From sequence record PV112478.1: 64,000 nucleotides of DNA. One strand, 5' to 3'. The position numbers were made by a program, and so were the translations under genes. This document shows, piece by piece, positions 56,523-64,000 of the stretch (the first letter of the stretch is position 1; the number at the start of each line of letters is the position of its first letter). The notes under the pieces are model-generated. The model ran no database searches. It was not told where the DNA came from and saw only the letters and a list, made by a program, of their open reading frames with translations.

Positions 56523-57101
56523 TTAAACTCCTTTATTGTTCAACAGGGCTATTTCCATAACGTTGTTAATTTTATTCCTTTCCGCCAAAGCGACAGCTTG
56601 CTTCACGTCATTTAACGCCACCAGAGAAATAACACCGTCTACATTGAAAAGAATGGCCTCCGTATTTCTCGGGCCCGTGAATGATTCAAGAAGAGACGGA
56701 TTTTTCTTCGGCCGCAGGGTCAGTAGCTTTTCTTCTGCTGCGCTTTTAACTTCGGGGGTGTAAGAATACCCCATTTCTTCCAACGCGCTAAAATACTCTT
56801 TCAATTCATTAATATTGAAAATTGGAAGGATCATATTGTTAGAAGGGATAAAATGTAGGCGTTTGTAGAACGCCGTTGTTTTTTCGATCAAGGTAAAACG
56901 CGGAACTATTTTATCTTGACTCAATAGGATTTCAAAAAACTCTTCTTCTAAACGAGAATAGATTTTATCAGGTTCAGAAGCTTTAGCGTAAATAACGGTA
57001 GTCTTCCCATTGCGACAATTATCGGCGCAGGTTGCTACGTTATTAACAATGTAAATTTCGCCTTTATAATGCTTATATACCTGCCCGATAGATATGGTCA
57101 T
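56523..57101 (-). CDS. DUF1653-domain protein
   Basis: GQVYKHYKG.IY.V..VA...VIY...YSR..EEF. Confidence 0.7.
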   Translation of the reverse strand: MTISIGQVYKHYKGEIYIVNNVATCADNCRNGKTTVIYAKASEPDKIYSRLEEEFFEILLSQDKIVPRFTLIEKTTAFYKRLHFIPSNNMILPIFNINELKEYFSALEEMGYSYTPEVKSAAEEKLLTLRPKKNPSLLESFTGPRNTEAILFNVDGVISLVALNDVKQAVALAERNKINNVMEIALLNNKGV

Positions 57102-57460
57102 TTCCCCGCCTTAAATTCATTAATTTCGATTCCGTAAACTTCGCAACTGATTTCGTTGTATGCTACGGCCGCATTGACAGTGAAGCTATTACTATTCCTG
57201 TCCATCGCCAATAATCCCAGTGGCAAAACTTTAACATGTTCTTTCACCCTGACACCACCCTGGTAATAGGCCCCTACCGGTTCGAGAGGACCAGTTACCT
57301 CTACCCATTTGTGGTAGGCAAGGTTTTCCACAGAACCCCCGTTAAGAAGTTTCTCTGAGAAATATTCACCCATCACAGATTTGAGATGCCCGCGACAATC
57401 ATCAGCAAACGCATTCAGGGAAAGACCCGCCAGTAAAACTGCTAAAATCATCTTTTTCAT
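57098..57460 (-). CDS. exported protein (two Cys)
   Basis: MKKMILAVLLAGLSLNAFA leader. Confidence 0.7.
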   Translation of the reverse strand: MKKMILAVLLAGLSLNAFADDCRGHLKSVMGEYFSEKLLNGGSVENLAYHKWVEVTGPLEPVGAYYQGGVRVKEHVKVLPLGLLAMDRNSNSFTVNAAVAYNEISCEVYGIEINEFKAGK

Positions 57461-57465
57461 ATTTG

Positions 57466-58107
57466 TTACTCCGCAATTTCGAAGTTAATTGCTTTACGAA
57501 TTTCTTCGATGATTTCAGAATGTTTCTCAGAAAGGGGTACTTCTTCTGGTGAGAAATTGAAAGAGTGTTCTCCATTGAAGTGATAACGTTTGTCTTCCCT
57601 CGTGTCGAAATAAAGCACAGTGCAACCCTTAATAAAGCGACGTTCTTCGATTCCGTCACGGGGATACCAGAATTCTCGCCAGCTAGGTTTTCTGGTTTCC
57701 CCGATTCTTTCTGCCAGATTATCGAGCGAAATTTCGGTTGGTGTCCACTGAATTTCGTTACGAGGATCGGGGTAACCAAGATCGACGAAGAACTGAATGA
57801 AGTCGGATACGGCGATAATTGGAACTATACCTTTGAATCTCGTCGATCGGAAGAGGATAATTCCATCTTTGATCTCTACCGTCAGATCACTCGGTGTAAA
57901 TATTTGAGTGTTATTTTCGACCTTTAAGTGCGCGAAAATACGAAACGCAAATGAACCTGTTACATTCTCTTCGTTGATAGATAAGAATTCTAACAGTTTA
58001 GAAATGTACTTCCCTTTCGTTAAACGATTGAATTCGAATGCTAAAGAAAGATTTCCTTCGACCAATTCAAAGCGCACCTCTTCCCACTTTAAATTAAACT
58101 TACCCAT
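57466..58107 (-). CDS. hypothetical phage protein
   Basis: 213-aa ORF with GGAG RBS. Confidence 0.65.
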   Translation of the reverse strand: MGKFNLKWEEVRFELVEGNLSLAFEFNRLTKGKYISKLLEFLSINEENVTGSFAFRIFAHLKVENNTQIFTPSDLTVEIKDGIILFRSTRFKGIVPIIAVSDFIQFFVDLGYPDPRNEIQWTPTEISLDNLAERIGETRKPSWREFWYPRDGIEERRFIKGCTVLYFDTREDKRYHFNGEHSFNFSPEEVPLSEKHSEIIEEIRKAINFEIAE

Positions 58108-58160
58108 TTGATTTACTCCAATTCATCTAAAAAGAAAAGGGCGGAAACCGCCCTTTATCG

Positions 58161-59648
58161 TTACTGACCAATAGCCTGGTTCAGTTTCTCAATCGCCAGC
58201 CCCAACGCCGCCTGCGCGTCAATCTGCGCGTCAATGGCTTTCTGCGCTTCGGCGAAACGCATGACGATTTCATCACGTAACGGTTTGATAGCAGCAATCA
58301 ACGCCTCGTTACGCTCTTTCTGTTCCAGCTCAATTGCAACGCGTTCGAGTTCCAGAATCTGTTTACGGACGTCAGTGGATGTTGCGGGTGCCATAGTTTG
58401 CTCTTTAAACTCGATCGGTGTGATAGGGTCTGGTACAGAGTTGGCCATTTCAGGGAGTGTTGCTAAGTTCACCGGTCTAGCCTCTAAATGCGCCAACCGG
58501 TTAGGGTATTTCGAAGCATTAGTTTCCACCGTAGATTCCCCTTCTTTCGGCCCTTTTTGTAACGCTTCCATCACCGCCACCGCCATTGCAGTTGGTGCTT
58601 CAGTTTTCGTCCGATGGACAATCCCTACCGTATCCCCTTCTTCATTGAGTTTAATCCAGTTAACGTGGCAGCCCGGTTTGTTAGGGTGATCATCGCTGTA
58701 GATGGAGACAATACCCTTTTCTACTAACGGGTTCAAAATGGCGAAACGCGTTTCTTTACTCAGTTCCGGCAGGTTAGGGAGATAGTTCCAAACCTGGTAG
58801 ATCGGAAGTAAATTTTTAGACGCCTTCAGTAATTCTACGATCATGCCGCGGATAGCGGATTCGTTAACTTTTACCTGCGGTTTCGCTTCTTCTTTATTAG
58901 CGAAAGTATAGTCTTTTACCGCTTCCGGTAACACCGCTGTTTCAGCGTTAATGAAGTCAGGGTGAACAAAGCGCCCGACCGGGTACTTATATTTCTCCGG
59001 CTGCCATTCTTTCTCTACTACGCCTTCGTAGGTTTTCAGGTAGGAAAGAACTTGTTGACGAGGCGCTCCTTTCAAGTAGCGATACTCCTTGACCGACTCA
59101 TCGATCTCAGTGCGAGTAAAGCCTTTCGGGTCAGTGAGGAGAAAGGCTTTGATTTTATCGGCCGCGTTAATCAGTTTTACATCGACCAGGTGTTCGGCGC
59201 GAAGCGATTCAAAATCAACGACAGTTTTGGCGGCAACCGGTTTTTCTTGGGTGGTCATTTCTTTCTCCTCTTTGATAGGCGGGATAATGCGTTCCAGACG
59301 ACTGCGTTTCTTCGTGACAATGGTCTGTTTACCTGCACCGGTGATATGAACCACCGAACCAGACGGACGTTCTTTCTCTGGCTGTGCGAGGACGTTAATC
59401 GGCGCCGTAAACATTTTGTGGCGAAGCAGCGGTGCACACTTGACGCCTTTTTGCGTTATCTCTGTTACGACGATTCTGTTTTTCTCAATGACGTACTTGA
59501 GTAAGATATCCAGTTCTTTCTTCTTCAGTGAGCGTAGAGAAGGAATTTTAGACTGGAGCAGGTCATAGGTCATTCCTTCGGGCAAACGCTCCAAAAAGCG
59601 GCTCAGTTCTTCATACGGCAGATATAAGTTTTCTTGTAAACGGATCAT
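58161..59648 (-). CDS. protein with three winged-helix-like repeats and C-terminal coiled coil
   Basis: Three ~65-aa internally similar blocks; heptad C-terminus; AAGGAG RBS. Confidence 0.6.
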   Translation of the reverse strand: MIRLQENLYLPYEELSRFLERLPEGMTYDLLQSKIPSLRSLKKKELDILLKYVIEKNRIVVTEITQKGVKCAPLLRHKMFTAPINVLAQPEKERPSGSVVHITGAGKQTIVTKKRSRLERIIPPIKEEKEMTTQEKPVAAKTVVDFESLRAEHLVDVKLINAADKIKAFLLTDPKGFTRTEIDESVKEYRYLKGAPRQQVLSYLKTYEGVVEKEWQPEKYKYPVGRFVHPDFINAETAVLPEAVKDYTFANKEEAKPQVKVNESAIRGMIVELLKASKNLLPIYQVWNYLPNLPELSKETRFAILNPLVEKGIVSIYSDDHPNKPGCHVNWIKLNEEGDTVGIVHRTKTEAPTAMAVAVMEALQKGPKEGESTVETNASKYPNRLAHLEARPVNLATLPEMANSVPDPITPIEFKEQTMAPATSTDVRKQILELERVAIELEQKERNEALIAAIKPLRDEIVMRFAEAQKAIDAQIDAQAALGLAIEKLNQAIGQ

Positions 59649-59679
59649 TGTATTTCTCCTTCTTCTTTTACTGGTTTAG

Positions 59680-60105
59680 TTATTTGACTAACATTTGTAA
59701 TGAGGCAATAACCGCTTTCAGTTCCTCATTATTGAGAACAAGGTAAGTCGAATCTTTTTCAAACAAGCCATCTCGACTTGTCGCGAAAAGATCCATGGGA
59801 ATATCAGAGGAAATACCAGTCGTTTTCATCTCCCCTTGGATGAAATCATTGATTTCATCTCGTTCTTCTGAGGATCTGACTTCAATGTCAATTAAAGGTC
59901 TAAATACAAAGTCATTCCGTAGCGATTCGTATTTAACATTTAGAGCTAGATACCCCGGCTCTATTTGCCCCTCTGTCCAATCCGCTGGTCCAAATACAAA
60001 AAGTGTCCCGGAAGGTAATTTAAGAAATTCTTCTTTAGAATAAAGTTTCATTGTATTTCTCCTATAGTAGACTGACAAAAATGAAATCGAATTTAATACA
60101 TTCAA
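59680..60105 (-). CDS. conserved phage protein
   Basis: Probable start MKLYSKEEFLKLPSGTLF. Confidence 0.6.
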   Translation of the reverse strand: MNVLNSISFLSVYYRRNTMKLYSKEEFLKLPSGTLFVFGPADWTEGQIEPGYLALNVKYESLRNDFVFRPLIDIEVRSSEERDEINDFIQGEMKTTGISSDIPMDLFATSRDGLFEKDSTYLVLNNEELKAVIASLQMLVK

Positions 60106-60122
60106 CTATGTTGCATAACGGA

Positions 60123-60150
60123 GATATATACATGAAACAAATTGCATAAC
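60123..60150 (-). promoter_or_regulatory. promoter module (copy 5, divergent)
   Basis: GATATATACATGAAACAAATTGCAT. Confidence 0.45.
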
Positions 60151-60178
60151 TCCCTACAGCACATGCGTGCTGTAGGGA
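60151..60178 (-). terminator. hairpin terminator after Nampt-like gene
   Basis: TCCCTACAGCAC-atgc-GTGCTGTAGGGA. Confidence 0.7.
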
Positions 60179-60194
60179 ACGCTATGTCTTTAAA

Positions 60195-61976
60195 TTACAA
60201 CCACTGCGCCGCACGTTGACGAATAGTACGAAGACTTTCCAGTACTTTCACGTCGCCGTTCAGGTACACAGTCCGCATCGCGTCAACCTCACTACCGCGA
60301 AGCGCTTCATACTCTTCACGGGTCAGGTTATCACGGAGTTCGAGTTTTCCGTTCTCGCCCTTCGCAACGATCAGATAACCTTTCGCTGATTTCTTAGTAC
60401 CATCGTCGGTTTTCGGGTTTTTCGCGATAGAGTAATGTTTACCGTTAACCTTCCCAGCGGTCGCCTTCATGGCGATGCCCAGGGTGTCACGGGTAACATA
60501 CTGGAATTCGAAACTGCCCACACCAAAGACCACGTTGGAACTACAGAACCCATTCGCTTTCAAACGAGAAAGGATCTGAGTCATGCGAGTCAATGTGATC
60601 GCATCCCCGTAGATCAAACCGACGTGAGGGTCCAGTTCTTTGTAACCCGCAGCATTGGTTGTCCCGCCGAAGATTTCAAAGAGGATTTGTACCGCCCCTT
60701 TTTTCTCTTCCAAAGAAATAGGTTTACCGCTTTTAGTCGAATAGAAAACGTTGTCGATACAATAGCATTCGTATCCGTTTTCAATAGAAAAACGACGAAG
60801 GAATTCTTCCGTCTTTTCTCGACCTATTTCGGAATAGAGCGTTTTTCCACCAATTCGCGGGTCAGGATAAATACCAGCGGAAAGATGATTATCGCCATCC
60901 CAAGTATAACCACAGAGGATGTGATACGGATTACCGCTATCCGGACGATAGACCAGTTTACCGTCACGCGCCATAATCGCATCTTTATTAGCGATGGCTT
61001 TGGTGGTGATGGTATCGAAGAAGTCGTTAGTATCGCTGACGAAGCTGAAAACGCCAGACGGATAAACTTCGGTGATCAGTCGACGTTGGAAAAGTTCTTC
61101 CGCTTTCGACAGTAGTTCCGCTTCAGTCGCATCGCGATATCCCGGAGTAGCTTGTAACTGCTCGACATAGACCGCGATATTCAGACAGGTCACACTGTGC
61201 TCTGTAGCGGGTACACTCCCGGCGATTTCAGAAATCGGCATATCGCCTTCTGGGTTATAAAAGCGATTCGCTGTCCAGACCGAAGGGAAGCTATCGCTCC
61301 CTTTGAAGTAGATCAATTGACCGACTGAACTGTTGGCATCATCGAACATCCCCGACATACCGCGCAGGGCGAAGTTATGGGATTGGTAGTCGATAAAGGC
61401 TTTTGCCGCACCCGTTTCGTTAGCGTACTGTTCTAACACTCGACGGAAGTGCAACGCTTTCGTTGCCAGCACACATGGCTTCCAGAGTTCGTTACTCCAG
61501 AGGTCTTCGAAATAACCCGTCAGCCACCCGAAGCCGTCAACTGTGTTTTCAATCGTCAGGAACGGAACACGAATAGGGACGAGTGAGCCTTCCGGCACCG
61601 CACGGATCTCCAGTGGGATATAACCCAGTTCGTGAAGCGCTTTCAGGTGAGCGGATTTCACCACACCTTTACCCAGAACACCGTCCATGTACTGAAGGTA
61701 TTCTGCCTCCGATTCGTTGAACGGCGCTTTAAAGAAGTTATCGAAACTCCCTACCAACCAACGCAGAACCAGGCGCTGCATTCCCATGAACACCGAACCG
61801 TCGAAGTCCAGTGGCGTATTGAAGTACGTATGGCTACGTGCCGTCAGGTTTTCAAAGAAGCTGTCAGTGCCCAGAGGTTGTTGGTTGATGTGCCCAGTTT
61901 TGTAGGCATCGCACAGCAGGAAAACCAGCGGATCTTCAGTATAGAACTTTGGGTCTTTCAGTAAAGGGTTGGTCAT
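60195..61976 (-). CDS. nicotinamide phosphoribosyltransferase family (Namat/NadV-like)
   Basis: CDAYKTGH, HNFALRG, GSDS, SVPATEHS, SDT.D, RPDSG, GLIYGDAIT, GVGSF, TKKSAKG motifs. Confidence 0.92.
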   Translation of the reverse strand: MTNPLLKDPKFYTEDPLVFLLCDAYKTGHINQQPLGTDSFFENLTARSHTYFNTPLDFDGSVFMGMQRLVLRWLVGSFDNFFKAPFNESEAEYLQYMDGVLGKGVVKSAHLKALHELGYIPLEIRAVPEGSLVPIRVPFLTIENTVDGFGWLTGYFEDLWSNELWKPCVLATKALHFRRVLEQYANETGAAKAFIDYQSHNFALRGMSGMFDDANSSVGQLIYFKGSDSFPSVWTANRFYNPEGDMPISEIAGSVPATEHSVTCLNIAVYVEQLQATPGYRDATEAELLSKAEELFQRRLITEVYPSGVFSFVSDTNDFFDTITTKAIANKDAIMARDGKLVYRPDSGNPYHILCGYTWDGDNHLSAGIYPDPRIGGKTLYSEIGREKTEEFLRRFSIENGYECYCIDNVFYSTKSGKPISLEEKKGAVQILFEIFGGTTNAAGYKELDPHVGLIYGDAITLTRMTQILSRLKANGFCSSNVVFGVGSFEFQYVTRDTLGIAMKATAGKVNGKHYSIAKNPKTDDGTKKSAKGYLIVAKGENGKLELRDNLTREEYEALRGSEVDAMRTVYLNGDVKVLESLRTIRQRAAQWL

Positions 61977-62851
61977 TTCACGCGTCCATCTTTAGCAGTT
62001 AAATAAGATTGGGTTGGTAACCCGTCGTCAGTGATATTTTCCCACCAAACGTTGGTTGAGAAAATCTGATCAAAAGCGATAGAGAGTTCGCCCAGGCCCT
62101 TAGAAAAAATTCCATGGGTCACGAAGAGACTGAGCGATTTCGGGTTTTGGGTATTGAGCTTTTTCGCCAGCTCAGTGAAAGTCCACCCACCATCGCAGAT
62201 GTCGTCGACAACCAACAAATTACGACCTTCGATATTGTCATTGTCCAATAACGTAATGTCGAGAATGTTGCCGGTTTTAGTATCGCGCTTTTTGTTTGCG
62301 TAAACGATAGGCACCCCGCCGAGTAGTTTTGCCAACTCTTCAGTTTTCTTCGCCGCACCACCGTCAGGGGAGACTAATACGACGTTATTTTCCCGAATCC
62401 AATTAGCCAATAAATTGTAGACAATTTTGGACTGTTCCAGGACGACGAGGTTTTTGATCAGTGCCGGAGTAACGTTAGAATGCGGATCGTGTATCAGCAC
62501 TCGGTCTGCTTTCAGGCTATTGAACAGTTCAGCAAAAACGCCGAGTGAAAACGATTCGCCTGCATTACAGACACGGTCTTGTCGCGCGTACGGGAAATAA
62601 GGCACAATTAAATGGAGTTCTGTTTTCGCAGTGTATTTCCCAATACGACGAATAGCGTCGACCAGTAACAGTAGACGCACTGCCTCGGTGGAAGATTTGA
62701 TACTTCCTTCTATTTTAACAACGCCGATATCATGGGGCGGTAGCCCATGACGGTTAATTGTGATATGTTCCTCGCCACCCGGAAAAGTCATATTCTCATA
62801 AAGGACCGGTTGGTCATCAAACGTAACTTTAAACATTGTAACCCCTTTCAA
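61973..62851 (-). CDS. PRPP synthetase family (Adps/Prs-like)
   Basis: FPGGE, PYFPYARQDR, DPHS, SPDGGA, VDDICDGG.TF, VTHGIFSKG. Confidence 0.92.
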   Translation of the reverse strand: MKGVTMFKVTFDDQPVLYENMTFPGGEEHITINRHGLPPHDIGVVKIEGSIKSSTEAVRLLLLVDAIRRIGKYTAKTELHLIVPYFPYARQDRVCNAGESFSLGVFAELFNSLKADRVLIHDPHSNVTPALIKNLVVLEQSKIVYNLLANWIRENNVVLVSPDGGAAKKTEELAKLLGGVPIVYANKKRDTKTGNILDITLLDNDNIEGRNLLVVDDICDGGWTFTELAKKLNTQNPKSLSLFVTHGIFSKGLGELSIAFDQIFSTNVWWENITDDGLPTQSYLTAKDGRVK

Positions 62852-62884
62852 AGTGTTAAAACTTAATCTTCAAAATAAATATTA

Positions 62885-63424
62885 TCAGCGTGTTATTGGA
62901 TTCTGTATTTTCACGAACGTAGAGAAACGACATCCCTCGTCTTCCCCGAATTCAAGCGACTCAAGGGTCCAACCACGGTGAACTGTAGTATAAGAGAACA
63001 ATTTACTGAGTTCTTGGATAAGATCAATGTCGAGCGGAACATTCCCTTTGGAGCGAATAGGGATTTCCGTCACGTAAAGCTTCTGTACCCGATCTAATAG
63101 TTGTTTGTAGATACTTACCCCTCCGCAGATAACAATCTCGTTGTAGCCTTTTCTAGAGGCGTCTACAGCGATATCTTCAAATGAGCTATACGCGAGGAGT
63201 TCGGGGGTGTTTTCAAACTGACTGAGATCAGAGGTCAAAACGTAATGGGCTCGTCCAGGTAAAGCCCGGCCAATACCTTTAGCCGTGGTCGACCCCATGA
63301 CGATGGCTTTGTTTTTGGTTTTCCTTACAAACCAAGAAAGGTCTTCTTTGGATTTCCAAGCAAGTTTATCATCTTGACCAATAATGAAATCAAGATCGTG
63401 TGCAACGATGAGAGAGAAAATCAT
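62885..63424 (-). CDS. folA: dihydrofolate reductase
   Basis: IVAHD...IG...LAW..KEDL.WF, VMGSTT, LPGR, ICGG..IY motifs. Confidence 0.88.
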   Translation of the reverse strand: MIFSLIVAHDLDFIIGQDDKLAWKSKEDLSWFVRKTKNKAIVMGSTTAKGIGRALPGRAHYVLTSDLSQFENTPELLAYSSFEDIAVDASRKGYNEIVICGGVSIYKQLLDRVQKLYVTEIPIRSKGNVPLDIDLIQELSKLFSYTTVHRGWTLESLEFGEDEGCRFSTFVKIQNPITR

Positions 63425-63570
63425 AATGGGTTACCTGTTAGTGAGTTCAAACTAAAAAGTATATACGTGATAATATACTTCGTTGTTGATATTGTTTTCC
63501 AATTAGCACCACAACAGTGCGTTTCTTGTGACAAGAATCAACCTATTAGCCCGATCGGGCAGGAGATGAA

Positions 63571-64000
63571 ATGAGCACCAATTTTATATCTATGCCAAAT
63601 AGTCAATTCAAACTATCCGATGGAGCGAGGAACGCTAATTTCGGTAAATTGTACGTAGGTAAAGCCAATACCGACCCTACCGTTGCGGCTAATCAAATCC
63701 CGGTAACCGGTGTTGCTACCGACGGTACGAGTACTACGTTAACGCAACCAGTGAATCTGGACAGTCGGGGCTTTCCGGTGGACGCCTCGGGTAAAACCGT
63801 AACACTATCTGTAGACTCTCACTACAGTCTCGCTATATTCGATGCGTACGATAAGTTACAACAATCTGTCAGCGCAGTGGAAACAAAAGAAGTGAGCTCG
63901 TTCGCGGAGCTCAGATCACTCCCTGTACTTCGCGACGGACAGTCAGTAAAAGTTTTAGGTGTCGGCTATGGAGATTTCGTCGGTAAAAAGGGAACAGGCG
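63571..64000 (+). CDS. tailspike, 5' part (P22-type head-binding domain), runs off window; absent from ORF track
   Basis: AGGAG RBS; MSTNFISMPNSQF...NFGKLYVGKANTDPTVAANQIPV...LTQPV.L...G...HYSLAIFD, then VSSFAELRSL...GYGDF. Confidence 0.8.
   Translation, partial: MSTNFISMPNSQFKLSDGARNANFGKLYVGKANTDPTVAANQIPVTGVATDGTSTTLTQPVNLDSRGFPVDASGKTVTLSVDSHYSLAIFDAYDKLQQSVSAVETKEVSSFAELRSLPVLRDGQSVKVLGVGYGDFVGKKGTG

Noticed and set aside
58234-59504. Plus-strand ORFs of 151 and 180 aa
   Set aside because: Antisense shadows of 58161-59648.
60435-61115. 226-aa plus-strand ORF
   Set aside because: Antisense shadow of the Nampt-like gene; no RBS or motifs.
1-64000. tRNA genes, CRISPR arrays, IS elements, introns/inteins
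   Set aside because: No cloverleaf, regularly spaced repeat-spacer array, transposase, or interruption of terminase/sheath was recognised by eye; tRNAscan/Infernal were not run.

Overview
This window is a 64-kb piece of a phiKZ-related jumbo myovirus genome (Chimalliviridae-like), most likely infecting an enterobacterium. Klebsiella is a plausible host, inferred from the tailspike architecture. It holds the conserved phiKZ-type block of terminase large subunit, three virion/baseplate genes, tail sheath and tail tube (9.1-19.7 kb). Other recognisable genes: two peptidoglycan hydrolases, a propeptide-bearing internal head protein, two tailspike/depolymerase genes (one cut by the window edge), nucleotide enzymes (TK, DHFR, HAD nucleotidase, DHH, HD/SAH, PhoH), a Prs-like + Nampt-like NAD-rebuilding pair (NARP1-type) and two late glycosyltransferases. 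The rest is long minus-strand runs of early accessory genes behind repeated promoter modules. The most notable items are (i) a three-gene exported cassette that looks like a miniature phage-encoded pilus system (chaperone-like, beta-hairpin/coiled-coil pore-like, pilin-like; 28.6-29.9 kb), (ii) an unannotated 55-aa free-standing copy of the ribonucleotide-reductase NrdA redox tail (...DDCEGGACKI), (iii) two multi-hairpin non-coding regions and (iv) several small ORFs missed by the ORF track. All family assignments come from motif recognition by eye; no searches were run.
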